This document shows positions 28,620-37,731 of a stretch of DNA of 64,000 nt, piece by piece; the first letter of the stretch is position 1, and the number at the start of each line of letters is the position of its first letter. The stretch lies in the IMG/VR virus record IMGVR_UViG_3300037851_000671, positions 154,773 through 218,772 of that record; one strand, written 5' to 3'. The notes beneath the pieces were generated by a model. That model saw only the letters and a program-made list of their open reading frames with translations. It searched no databases and was not told the origin of the DNA. This stretch comes from a virus (lineage: Duplodnaviria > Caudoviricetes). The translations under genes were made by a program, and so were the position numbers.

Positions 28620-28707
28620 CGGAAGGTTGCGATCCCGCCTCGCAGTCCATTTATTTGGACCCTTCAAGTTTCCAACTTGAGCTGGTGCCTTGCCCAGTTA
28701 ACCTTCC
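28620..28707 (-). tRNA. tRNA-Ser(GGA) with non-canonical T-loop GGCGGGA
   Basis: acceptor GGAAGGT/ACCTTCC, loop TTGGAAA, variable arm, T-stem TGCGA/TCGCA. Confidence 0.78.
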
Positions 28708-28722
28708 ATTCTATATGCTGCA

Positions 28723-29160
28723 TTATTCCAACATCCAGTGAATTGTCATCTCTGCCAATTCTTCTACTGTTCTTGCTGGGTATAGCTGATGCTCATGAAA
28801 CATCAACCATTCTAGATACTCATTATCTTTAGACTCCTCTATACCTAGAAATATTCTCTCTGTTGTAAGCCAACGTCCAAAATCAACATAATCATGACGA
28901 TTTGTGTAGTTTTTTGGGAACCAGAAAACAATACAGGTACTGAGGGCCATAGCCTCTCGTTCCCAAAGATAATGCTCTGGTTTTCTATCGGAGATAAAAA
29001 GTGTCAGTGTTACTTTTCTTTTGGAACAGTAGGAGCGGAATTTATTTACCCATCCTGTATTAGGTCCGGCTAAAAATATACTTCCAAGTCCATTACTGTA
29101 AATTGACTCAGAAATCTCACTGCCTGCAATACAATCTCTGATGGTCATTGAGAAACCCAA
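28723..29160 (-). CDS. nucleoside 2-deoxyribosyltransferase-like protein
   Basis: 'SIFLAGP', 'WEREAM', 'IVFWFP', 'DFGRW..IFLG'. Confidence 0.6.
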   Translation of the reverse strand: MGFSMTIRDCIAGSEISESIYSNGLGSIFLAGPNTGWVNKFRSYCSKRKVTLTLFISDRKPEHYLWEREAMALSTCIVFWFPKNYTNRHDYVDFGRWLTTERIFLGIEESKDNEYLEWLMFHEHQLYPARTVEELAEMTIHWMLE

Positions 29161-29241
29161 ATTGGTAAAGGGAGCTAGATTGTAATCCGGCTCCCTTCGG
29201 TTTCTCGACTTGTTGCTTCGGTTGAGAAGCTATTTGAAAGC

Positions 29242-30249
29242 TTACTTCTTCGAGTTGCCTTGATTTGTGATTGCTTGCTGAACTGCATCGAGGGCCGTCT
29301 TTCCAGACTGAGCCTGCATCGATACCACAGCAATCTCACGAACCTCTTCTTGTAATCTCTTCACATTTGCTCGGAGATCTGTGTTCTCTGCTTCCTTTGC
29401 GATCAATGCACGCTTCAGTGACTCCAGCTCACTTTGGGCAAGCTTGAGTTCCGATTCGCTTTGCATCTTGGCAAACTTCAACTCGTTATCATGTGACGAC
29501 TTCATGTTAGCCGTCACTATCTTGAGAACCTTATCAGCCTCAGCCTTTACGGTTGCGTCAAAGGAATCCAGTTTGGCCTTCCCTTCAGCAACAATTGCTT
29601 CGGCTTTCTTGAGCGCCTCTTCACGAATCTGCCACGTCTTCTCCAAATCCTCTTCGGTCTGCTTACGCTCGCGATCTCTCTGAGCCACCTTCTGACGATA
29701 GGCTTCCTCATCATTCCTGCGAGCAACCTGCTTCTGGAAAACATAGTCATCATCTTCCCGCTGACGGGTTTTGAGGACTAGATCATTGCGCTCACGAACT
29801 GCCGTGAGATGATCCTGCTCTTCCTTCTGCCAGGCTTTGCGAGCTTCTTCCTGGGCTACAGCAAAAGCAGCTTTCTTTTCCTCGTACTCACGCACAAGGT
29901 CAGCCACTGCCTGGGCCGCAATCTCTTTTCCATGAAGCTCTTCTAGCTCAGTGGTCTTGAGATCAATGGCGTCTTTCAACGTCTGAAGCTCAGCTATCTT
30001 TGCTTCGAAGATCTCTCTGACACTGTTGATTGATCTGGAGATGTCAAGATTCAATCGGGTGAGACCTGTTGCAACCTTCTCAACCGTCAACTCTGTTGCA
30101 TCTTGTTCGATCTTTGCATCCCGTGCCGCTTTCAACGCTTTCGCATTGGCATCGGACTTGTCTTGGCCAGCCGCTGCTACTGCTGCGGTCACTTCGCCAA
30201 TGTTGGATGGGGTTTTTGAACTCGTTGTTGTCTTCTTTTTTGCTACCAT
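29242..30249 (-). CDS. long coiled-coil protein
   Basis: 335 aa E/K/A/R-rich heptads. Confidence 0.6.
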   Translation of the reverse strand: MVAKKKTTTSSKTPSNIGEVTAAVAAAGQDKSDANAKALKAARDAKIEQDATELTVEKVATGLTRLNLDISRSINSVREIFEAKIAELQTLKDAIDLKTTELEELHGKEIAAQAVADLVREYEEKKAAFAVAQEEARKAWQKEEQDHLTAVRERNDLVLKTRQREDDDYVFQKQVARRNDEEAYRQKVAQRDRERKQTEEDLEKTWQIREEALKKAEAIVAEGKAKLDSFDATVKAEADKVLKIVTANMKSSHDNELKFAKMQSESELKLAQSELESLKRALIAKEAENTDLRANVKRLQEEVREIAVVSMQAQSGKTALDAVQQAITNQGNSKK

Positions 30250-30375
30250 TTGTTACACTCCTATTGTCCTAACGGCCGCTCTTTTTCTCAGAGCATTATG
30301 GACATTTTGTTACACGAAACTATTGCTCAAAAGCGGCAAATACCGTTGTTTTGGTTTGGCCGCTCGCGTACAAGA

Positions 30376-30923
30376 TCATATATCAAGCTGGCTCGGTTTG
30401 ACAAGAAAATCAATCACTCTTTGGGTGATTTTTCTATCAAGACCAGAGCTGTCATCTGTCAAAAACAACCACGATGGACTGGTTGGAAAGTTGTATGGTT
30501 CGTCATCAATGGCACAGAATTTATTGATTCTATGCTCTTCCATGAATGACAAAATTTCGGTTTGACGTGACGAATCTTCTCTTGGCAGGCACTCATCTTT
30601 TGGTAGGTACAACCACCCACTCATTCCAAAAAAAAATCTGGCGTTCTACCTATAATCCTACCCATCAGAAAGTCAAGTCTTTCCGGCGCATTATCGAGCA
30701 TGCATGCCAATCTGAGATGCGTCCAGAAATCGCTACCCGCGCCAATACCACTGATACGCCAAGAACTACTGACTACAATTTTGGCATCAGTTTGTTCACA
30801 GATATAGGCCAAGTTCCTGACTAACTCAGGGGCCATATCATGTCTTTTCTTTCTGCTTTCCGCAGTGTTTAGAACGCCATCAACATCAAGTGCTATGACT
30901 GGAAAATCATTGCTCATGACCAA
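30376..30923 (-). pseudogene. HAD 'Swiss-army-knife RNA repair-like' domain gene split at a T9 tract
   Basis: N-half 'IALDVDGVLN', 'IVVSSSWR', 'IGRTPD'; C-half 'KFCAIDDE', 'LFLTDDSSGL'; halves join if one T is added in the T9 run near 30628-30636. Confidence 0.65.
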
Positions 30924-31638
30924 GTTCTTTCAAAGCCTGCTGCAATAGGTATATGTGGCTTTCGCTGTCACTTGCTTGTGACATGATCAGATCATCAAGC
31001 CCAAGTGTAAGAGCATCCTTTTCTTTCAAGGCATCATACACTTTGCTTGCTACTGTCTGGAAAAGCTGCTCTGCGGCCAACGATGACTGAAGGTGTTTTG
31101 CAGGGTTACCCTTGTGCTCTTCAACAATGAACTGTGAGGCAATGTCACCAACCAACTCTTGATTGACTAGCTCACCACAAAGCCCCACCACTCTCTCGGC
31201 GGCATCATCAGCCATTTCTTGAACACCCTCGTATAGGCGCTGAAGAAGAAGGTGATGTTCATAACCAGCAGTTTCAAGATGGTTTTGATGATGTATCAAA
31301 TACATCGCACGAAGAACAGCAGCGTATACTGAAAGCATCTCACAATCATCATTGTCAAGTTTGCTTTCACCACGCTCGGTGCCAATGAAACCGTCAAGGA
31401 TACCTTCTGCAACTACAACAAGCGCACGTCTCTCTGAAGCTTCGCAACGGCATTTCCAACGCCTGAGCGCTTTGTTAATACAACTGTCAGGGTCCTTCTT
31501 AGTCTTGGACTTTGTGTTCTTCTTTTTATGGCCGCACATCCTATCGCAAAATGATTTCTGCTTAGGAGAACCTACAGGGGCTTTCTTTGTCCCTTCACAT
31601 TTTTCAGCGGCTTTGACTAGTTGTTCTAAGATATCCAT
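30907..31638 (-). CDS. ferritin/Dps-like domain fused to a Cys/Lys-rich N-terminal domain
   Basis: 'HHQNHLETAGYEHHLLLQRLYE..DDAAER', 'ESHIYLL'; N-part 'KQKSFCDRMCG..DPDSCINKALRRWKC'. Confidence 0.6.
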   Translation of the reverse strand: MDILEQLVKAAEKCEGTKKAPVGSPKQKSFCDRMCGHKKKNTKSKTKKDPDSCINKALRRWKCRCEASERRALVVVAEGILDGFIGTERGESKLDNDDCEMLSVYAAVLRAMYLIHHQNHLETAGYEHHLLLQRLYEGVQEMADDAAERVVGLCGELVNQELVGDIASQFIVEEHKGNPAKHLQSSLAAEQLFQTVASKVYDALKEKDALTLGLDDLIMSQASDSESHIYLLQQALKELGHEQ

Positions 31639-31673
31639 ACAAGGATCTCAGAATATGCAGTGTATGTATGTTG

Positions 31674-31745
31674 AGTCGAGAGCCCGAATCGAACGGGCGA
31701 TCTTCTAGTTTGCAGCTAGAGGCCTTACCACTTGGCTACCTCGAC
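31674..31745 (-). tRNA. tRNA-Cys(GCA)
   Basis: loop CTGCAAA, U73. Confidence 0.92.
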
Positions 31746-31747
31746 GT

Positions 31748-31822
31748 TGGAGCGGATAGCGGGGCTCGAACCCGCAACATTCTCGTTGGCAACGAGGCAT
31801 TCTACCATTGAATTACATCCGC
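31748..31822 (-). tRNA. tRNA-Gly(GCC)
   Basis: loop TTGCCAA, encoded CCA. Confidence 0.92.
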
Positions 31823-31828
31823 ATGTTT

Positions 31829-31968
31829 TCAGGCAAGATTGGGAATCGACCCACAGTTTGTTGCAAAACTTTTGTGTGGCTGGCCGTGTCACAGCCCTTT
31901 GGACTCACTCCGGTTTTGTTACTCAACAAACCCATTCACGAGATGTTTGGGCATCTCTTGCTTCCTGA
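31829..31968 (-). ncRNA. unassigned multi-hairpin RNA with 3' T-arm-like hairpin
   Basis: ends pair TCAGG..CAAGA / TCTTG.CCTGA; internal hairpins; TGGG-TCGATT-CCCA before the 3' strand. Confidence 0.55.
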
Positions 31969-31969
31969 G

Positions 31970-32041
31970 AGCGGGGTACCGGATTTGAACCGGTGACATC
32001 AAACTTGGAAGGATTGCGTTCTACCGCTGAACTAACCCCGC
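31970..32041 (-). tRNA. tRNA-Gly(TCC)
   Basis: loop CTTCCAA, acceptor GCGGGGT/ACCCCGC. Confidence 0.88.
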
Positions 32042-32050
32042 GTGTATTTG

Positions 32051-32944
32051 TTATGCTACGATATTACCATCTCTCGACATGTATTTTTCCTTGAGATAGT
32101 TTAGATAGTAGTTCCTATCTTCGTTATTTGCTTCTATATCACCAGATTCAATCATCTGCTCAAGAAATTCTTTCATCTTGCCGATTTCTCTACCATCGGA
32201 AACACCAAGCTGTTCCATGATATCATGGCCAAAACCCTTTGGAAGTTTTGACTTTGATTTCTCATCTTCTTCAGCAATGGTTTTGATTCTGTTTCTTAGG
32301 TTTTCAATACGAGCAAGGATAGCGTTTTTCTTTGAGAGATGCTTAGTGGTTATGTCAGCAGCAGAAAGCAGAAGAATATCATCAAGGTATTCTCCCATTT
32401 CTTTTGCGAACCTACGAACCGCAGAGTCAGTCCAAGAAGGTTCGTATCCTTCAATGTACCCAAGATTGTACACAAGAAATTGGATACGCTTGTACAGACC
32501 AGGAGAAAACAACTTGGTTCTAAGAGAGAACTCTTTGAATATCCTAGCGCTGATGTGTTCATGCTGGTGAAACGTTACCTTTCCATCTTTGATTGAAAAG
32601 GCTTTGGCTTTGCCCATGTCATGAAACAAAGCAGCCCAACGAACCGCTAAAGATTGCGGAGCTTGTGACATAACCTGCAACGTGTGAGGCCAAATTTCCT
32701 TGAACTGTTTCTCAGCGCGAAACTCTACAACTTCTTTCAGCTCAGGAAGAAGAGGATATAGGAACCCGCTTCTTTGCAGAGCAGAAAAAACCAGATATAC
32801 GTGAGGTGACAGGATTATCTTGTGGAGTATTGTAAGCTTTTCATGGTCCAAAGACAAAACGTCTTCAGCAGAAGATACAGATTCCAAAACCCCATCAAAC
32901 TTGCCACGCTGAGCAAGTTGGAGTGCCTGTTGAAGAATCTTCAT
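32051..32944 (-). CDS. stand-alone HD-domain protein resembling the C-terminal part of CCA-adding enzymes
   Basis: 'GFLYPLLPEL', 'IWPHTLQV', 'WAALFHDMGK', 'FHQHEHISA', 'GREIGK'; no N-terminal NTase DxD domain seen. Confidence 0.75.
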   Translation of the reverse strand: MKILQQALQLAQRGKFDGVLESVSSAEDVLSLDHEKLTILHKIILSPHVYLVFSALQRSGFLYPLLPELKEVVEFRAEKQFKEIWPHTLQVMSQAPQSLAVRWAALFHDMGKAKAFSIKDGKVTFHQHEHISARIFKEFSLRTKLFSPGLYKRIQFLVYNLGYIEGYEPSWTDSAVRRFAKEMGEYLDDILLLSAADITTKHLSKKNAILARIENLRNRIKTIAEEDEKSKSKLPKGFGHDIMEQLGVSDGREIGKMKEFLEQMIESGDIEANNEDRNYYLNYLKEKYMSRDGNIVA

Positions 32945-33016
32945 ATAACTTTGATTACTTTTGCTGTTTTGTTTGCTATGTCTTCAATCTTAGTATCCAT
33001 CCCAACATAAAACACC

Positions 33017-33730
33017 TTAAGGAAGCATAGATGATATTCTCTTCTGACCAGCTGTTGTCTCGAAAAAACAACCTATCCAGTTGTTAGCGCTTACGAAATC
33101 TTCGGCAAAATCGAGACATTTTTCTGCCATACAAATATCAAAGGCAAACCCGTCCTTTGGTTTGAATCCTTGCAAACATACCCAAGGACTGTCTTTCTCT
33201 TTGGTGAAGTTTTCTTCACTCCAATCAACTATTTTAAACGCACCCTTTTCTGATGGATCCAAAGAAAGTATATCGACTCTTAGATGCTGGTCTTTGATGA
33301 ACTTTGCTATTGGACTATCAGAACTTGGCACAGCTAACACAACATCTTTGTTGATTAGCCTAAGCGCTTTGAGAAGCGTGCCTTTCTCAATTGCTTTATC
33401 GGAAATCAGATCTATTCGTAGCCGGCGAAGGTGGTTCCATAGGTCCGGCCACTCGGAACGCAGGCTGAGAGAGCCACGCCCAAATATGTCAGATTTCCAG
33501 CTGCCGTGCAAGTTTCCTAGCAGCCTTAGTTGCTCCGCATGGCGCAACAGCCCCTCCACCCACGCCAGCGAGCGGTCATCCGGATTTAGATCAATACACC
33601 ATTCAACAAATGGAAATCGTACTGATAGATCTACCAAATCTTCCGGTGATACACTTGCGTCAGCTCCGCATATTGTTACTGTAGAAACCATCTCATTGCA
33701 ATACTTCAATATGCGTGTTGTAATGCCCAC
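33017..33730 (-). CDS. hypothetical protein (possible TIM barrel)
   Basis: 237 aa ORF, 'VTICGAD..RFPFVEW'. Confidence 0.5.
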   Translation of the reverse strand: MGITTRILKYCNEMVSTVTICGADASVSPEDLVDLSVRFPFVEWCIDLNPDDRSLAWVEGLLRHAEQLRLLGNLHGSWKSDIFGRGSLSLRSEWPDLWNHLRRLRIDLISDKAIEKGTLLKALRLINKDVVLAVPSSDSPIAKFIKDQHLRVDILSLDPSEKGAFKIVDWSEENFTKEKDSPWVCLQGFKPKDGFAFDICMAEKCLDFAEDFVSANNWIGCFFETTAGQKRISSMLP

Positions 33731-33794
33731 AAAGGGAATCGAACCCCTATCTCTTCCTTACCAAGGAAGCCTTCTACCATTAAAATATGTGGGC
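33724..33794 (-). tRNA. tRNA-Thr(GGT)
   Basis: loop TTGGTAA, acceptor GCCCACA/TGTGGGC. Confidence 0.85.
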
Positions 33795-33998
33795 TTATAT
33801 GTCTAGCATGTCATCAGCAATCTTGATCCATACGTGTTTATCTGGTGCGTGATCAAAATCACCACCATCAAATGGTTCAAGAACGCTCGGCATAATCCCA
33901 GTATCATCTTCTATACGGGCATCACGTATACCATGCAAATAGTATTCGCGCAGTTTTTCTGCCACAATATTTGTAATTGCCTGTTTTACAGTGATCAT
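33795..33998 (-). CDS. hypothetical protein
   Basis: 67 aa ORF. Confidence 0.45.
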   Translation of the reverse strand: MITVKQAITNIVAEKLREYYLHGIRDARIEDDTGIMPSVLEPFDGGDFDHAPDKHVWIKIADDMLDI

Positions 33999-34024
33999 AC
34001 CTATATGCCGGCATATGCGCGAGT

Positions 34025-34342
34025 TTAGCTTTGGTAACGTTCGATCTTCTCTTCTATTTTGCGCCGAAGCATTTCAATTTTGGATTGAAGCACCGTATCT
34101 ATAATAATTCCTGCACTCTCTGATCCTTTTGACTTCAAATCAAGATATGCTCTTGCAGCAAATGTTGTAAGGTGTTCATCTGTATCATTGAGAATATTAC
34201 CAATGAATTCATCAGCTAGGTCTTCGTCTCGTTTTTGAAGCCTGCCACTTATCTCTATGATTTTGCAGGGGTTAGGTATATTTGCGCTCATATCTTTTTC
34301 CGATACATTCAATAAGCTTCTTTGGATCATACTCTTTACCAT
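34025..34342 (-). CDS. hypothetical protein
   Basis: 105 aa ORF. Confidence 0.45.
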   Translation of the reverse strand: MVKSMIQRSLLNVSEKDMSANIPNPCKIIEISGRLQKRDEDLADEFIGNILNDTDEHLTTFAARAYLDLKSKGSESAGIIIDTVLQSKIEMLRRKIEEKIERYQS

Positions 34343-34595
34343 TTTCTTTCAACCAATCTAACCATTCATGATCTGGCGATTTTAGAATGTATGTGCTTCC
34401 AGAAGCGGTCTTCACAATAAAACCGTCAACGGCTACGATTCTCGACGTAATAACGTGAGAGACTTCACCAGGGTGTGTTGGCCGGTTAAATACATCGCCG
34501 GCCAAACACAACTCTCCGCGCTCAGGTGCTTCGTATTCATTCTTGTACCTGAGTACCGTTGACCAATTGTCTATCTCGAAAACCTCTCCTTTCAT
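34272..34595 (-). CDS. hypothetical protein
   Basis: 107 aa ORF, 'ITSRIVAVDG..VKTASGSTYIL'. Confidence 0.5.
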   Translation of the reverse strand: MKGEVFEIDNWSTVLRYKNEYEAPERGELCLAGDVFNRPTHPGEVSHVITSRIVAVDGFIVKTASGSTYILKSPDHEWLDWLKENGKEYDPKKLIECIGKRYERKYT

Positions 34596-35824
34596 ACCTT
34601 TGCCATAATTGCTTTTATTTCTTCTTTACTATGTGACAATATCATCTTATGCAATTTTCCCTGGTCAACATGTCTAAGAACACGAAATACACAAATCTTT
34701 TTCTTTTTGTCAGATATTTTCTCTGAGAACATAAGATCAAGAACCTGCGCTGGCTCTAGCTGCTCTACAACAGATTGGAAAACAGAAACAGATCTATCAT
34801 TGATGAATTCCTTGATTTTCTCTGACGGAAGGAAACGCATCATAGATTTACGCACATGAGCTTTAGCACCTTTTATCAGGTACATCATATCATCTGTGTT
34901 TCGCAACACTGCCGCAATATCCAGCCGAAGCTGATGATACATTCTATCGTCTTTGGCTGCTGTAATGAACTTTGCCAGTTCAACAACCTTTTCCCTCGGA
35001 ACATTTGAAATGTACCTACGATAGGAATAGTTGCAGAAGAATTTGGCAAGCTCCCCAATAGGCTTGTCAAGACAAAGCAAATCAGGACGCCTCTGCTCAA
35101 CGAAATTCTTGGTTGTCTTAGGCTGAGCTTCCAACCATTCTTTGATTTTTTCAGGCGCAATTTGCTCAAGATTATGACAAATTATCCTGAGCATGTTCTT
35201 CGGAGGTTTGTCAGCAACAATGGCTTGAACAACGCGCCTTAGAGCATCACCCTCTTCTTCCGAGAACTCTCTGGCATAAGAATCTTTGTCATCATAAACC
35301 TCAAATGACAAAAGACCACGCCTTACAACTGCATACTTCTTAGTACGCATCTTTGCATTCGGGGTCTTTCCAACAACTATGTAGAACTCATTGCCATTAG
35401 CAACATAATCCTCATAGTATGTGGCATCTTCCATGGTTGTACACCAACGAGTTCCAGAGCCATAAATGATCATGGCTTGCTTGGTGTCCACACGCATCAC
35501 AAGGAAATCATCATCCTCGAATATTTTTTCAGCGCCATCTTTTTTCTCTTCTTTCTCTTGGCGCTTTGATTTACCCATCTCTTTGATTATGTCTTCAAGC
35601 TCGGTAACAGTCTTGTACTTGAAGATGTCTTTCACAGAGAAACGATCAATGTTCTCGTGAAAGAACTTAAGAGTGGGTGCGATATTTTCTGGTGTCTGAC
35701 CTTCTTTCAACTGTGAGGCAATCCATAGCAGATACTTATTCTTGCCACAGCTAAAGTCTTCAATGGCTAAAGCCTGATCGGCAACCTCGGGGAATTTCTT
35801 GAGCAGGATTTCTTTGCGATTCAT
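34592..35824 (-). CDS. hypothetical protein with 'GTRWCTT' motif and helical C-terminal region
   Basis: 410 aa ORF; WCT motif is common in large-phage proteins. Confidence 0.55.
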   Translation of the reverse strand: MNRKEILLKKFPEVADQALAIEDFSCGKNKYLLWIASQLKEGQTPENIAPTLKFFHENIDRFSVKDIFKYKTVTELEDIIKEMGKSKRQEKEEKKDGAEKIFEDDDFLVMRVDTKQAMIIYGSGTRWCTTMEDATYYEDYVANGNEFYIVVGKTPNAKMRTKKYAVVRRGLLSFEVYDDKDSYAREFSEEEGDALRRVVQAIVADKPPKNMLRIICHNLEQIAPEKIKEWLEAQPKTTKNFVEQRRPDLLCLDKPIGELAKFFCNYSYRRYISNVPREKVVELAKFITAAKDDRMYHQLRLDIAAVLRNTDDMMYLIKGAKAHVRKSMMRFLPSEKIKEFINDRSVSVFQSVVEQLEPAQVLDLMFSEKISDKKKKICVFRVLRHVDQGKLHKMILSHSKEEIKAIMAKV

Positions 35825-35872
35825 GGAACGTCCTCGTTGGATTTGAACGAGAACGCTACCGGTTGCTCGACC

Positions 35873-36136
35873 TCAACTTGCGTGGACCATCTTCAAATTT
35901 ACCCTCACCCGACGCATCGCTGCTTCCTCGGTTATCCCGCTGCTGATGATATTGTGATCGTCTCTCCAATACACACCAACAAATACTATCCCAGGCTCGT
36001 CCGCAATCAGTTCACACTTGGCCCAGCTAGATAGAACATCATTGGATTGACAAGCTATTTCGTCTGGAACATTCAAAGACGAAATATACCAGGCCCCACC
36101 CTCTTCACAAACAATGAAATCTATCTTACCTACCAT
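35873..36136 (-). CDS. hypothetical protein
   Basis: 87 aa ORF. Confidence 0.4.
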   Translation of the reverse strand: MVGKIDFIVCEEGGAWYISSLNVPDEIACQSNDVLSSWAKCELIADEPGIVFVGVYWRDDHNIISSGITEEAAMRRVRVNLKMVHAS

Positions 36137-36138
36137 GC

Positions 36139-36537
36139 TTACCTTAAGTCAAATGTGCATATGATGTTATTGCTGAACCTTGTTTCATCAAAACGATACT
36201 GTATACCAATTCCCCAGCTGACGTTGTTGGCCATGTTTATCTGTATGTTTCCAAATACAAATAAACGCGTATCTATATCATATATAATTGGCTGAAAATA
36301 GACCAGACGAGAAAGTAGTATAGGACCGTTTACAATGGTGAAAGCCTGATTCCATTGGTTATTACTATACTGAAGATCAATGTATGATGATCCAAGAAAC
36401 AGTGACCAGTATCGATTCTTGACCGGCTCTATTCTCCAAGCTTTACCACCAATTGTATTCTTCTGACCATACGCATGAATACATAACGTAAGCAGAAAAA
36501 CAATCGTCAGAATAATGTATCGTATTTTTGAAATCAT
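36139..36537 (-). CDS. secreted/outer-membrane beta-rich protein
   Basis: N-terminal signal peptide, alternating aromatic beta pattern. Confidence 0.45.
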   Translation of the reverse strand: MISKIRYIILTIVFLLTLCIHAYGQKNTIGGKAWRIEPVKNRYWSLFLGSSYIDLQYSNNQWNQAFTIVNGPILLSRLVYFQPIIYDIDTRLFVFGNIQINMANNVSWGIGIQYRFDETRFSNNIICTFDLR

Positions 36538-36540
36538 TGG

Positions 36541-36616
36541 TGGTACGCCTGGTAGGGCTCGAACCTACAACCTCAGCTTTAGGAAAGCTGCACTCTATCC
36601 ATTGAGTTACAGGCGC
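36541..36616 (-). tRNA. tRNA-Arg(CCT)
   Basis: loop TTCCTAA, encoded CCA. Confidence 0.92.
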
Positions 36617-36621
36617 AAAGT

Positions 36622-37425
36622 TTACTTTCTTGATGCTCTCTTTACTGTCTCTGACCGTTTCAAGAGAACAGGATCAACTACCGAATCTGGAGGGAAAGCC
36701 ATAAGCTGGGCAATCTCTTTTCTATCGCTCATCTTTCCAAACTCAGCCAAATCCTCTCTCCTGTAAATGCCAAAAGAATGCCTCATTCTCTTGAAATTAT
36801 CAACATTACTTTGTCTGATATCTTTCATTGGGTAGAATTCTGTACGAAGACCATCACCATGAGGTATGCTGTGAATGTTGGCAGCATCTATACAAACAAA
36901 CTTGAACTTGTGCTTTCCGTATAGCCGCAAACGATACTCAAGATCCTCAGCTCCCCAATTTACAAACTTCTCATCAAATCCACCAGATTCAACATACATA
37001 TCTTTTGATAAGACAAGAAATCCAACCAGATCTTTTTTCTCTTCACATGGCGAAACTATTATGAAATGCTCTTTAGAAATGTGTTCTGATATCGAATCCC
37101 AGAAGCCTTTTGAAACGAGAGTATCAGCATCGAAATACAAAAGATAATCAGCGCCAAGATCAATGGCTTTTTTGGCACCAGCATTCAACGCTACTGTTTT
37201 TCTGAACACATCATCATAAGGTGTCATCAACAAAGCATCAACACGGCCAGGAAACATCTTAGATAGTTCGTCTTTTACCCACTGACCTGTTTTCTGTGGA
37301 CAACCGAAATCAACAAGCAAGTAGTGAACGTTATCCGGTGTTCCCTTCAGAAAAGCCACCGATGTTAGTTTCACATGCTCAAGTCTTCCTTTGCATGTTG
37401 AAATACCATAAACAATATCGTTCAT
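36622..37425 (-). CDS. glycosyltransferase (GT2 / galactosyltransferase-C-like)
   Basis: 'CKGRLEH', 'LLVDFG', 'FDADT', 'GGFDEKFVNWGAEDLE'. Confidence 0.8.
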   Translation of the reverse strand: MNDIVYGISTCKGRLEHVKLTSVAFLKGTPDNVHYLLVDFGCPQKTGQWVKDELSKMFPGRVDALLMTPYDDVFRKTVALNAGAKKAIDLGADYLLYFDADTLVSKGFWDSISEHISKEHFIIVSPCEEKKDLVGFLVLSKDMYVESGGFDEKFVNWGAEDLEYRLRLYGKHKFKFVCIDAANIHSIPHGDGLRTEFYPMKDIRQSNVDNFKRMRHSFGIYRREDLAEFGKMSDRKEIAQLMAFPPDSVVDPVLLKRSETVKRASRK

Positions 37426-37433
37426 GTTGGTAT

Positions 37434-37685
37434 CTATATCCGCTTTCCAAATACCACTGGTCCTTCAACTGGATCGAAAATAACAAATGGTTTCCTTCCA
37501 TTTCTGATTGGCCTGGCGGAACGAGAAAGAATAGGCGCCTGATACCCATCCAGCATGACCGGCATAGGCTCCTGCTGCCGCGCATGAACTTCACTCTCTT
37601 TCGGCTTTTCTTCCGAAGAGGATTCAATACCCAGCATTACTTTAATCAAGTCAATATCAACGCCATCAGTTTCATTATACAACAT
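37434..37685 (-). CDS. hypothetical protein
   Basis: 83 aa ORF. Confidence 0.4.
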   Translation of the reverse strand: MLYNETDGVDIDLIKVMLGIESSSEEKPKESEVHARQQEPMPVMLDGYQAPILSRSARPIRNGRKPFVIFDPVEGPVVFGKRI

Positions 37686-37731
37686 GAAAGATCATGGCTG
37701 TTGCTAAAGATTCTCGACTTGATTTTGAGAC

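Noticed and set aside
35825-35872. Possible tRNA fragment (GGATTTGAAC)
   Set aside because: No paired T-stem, D-arm or acceptor nearby.
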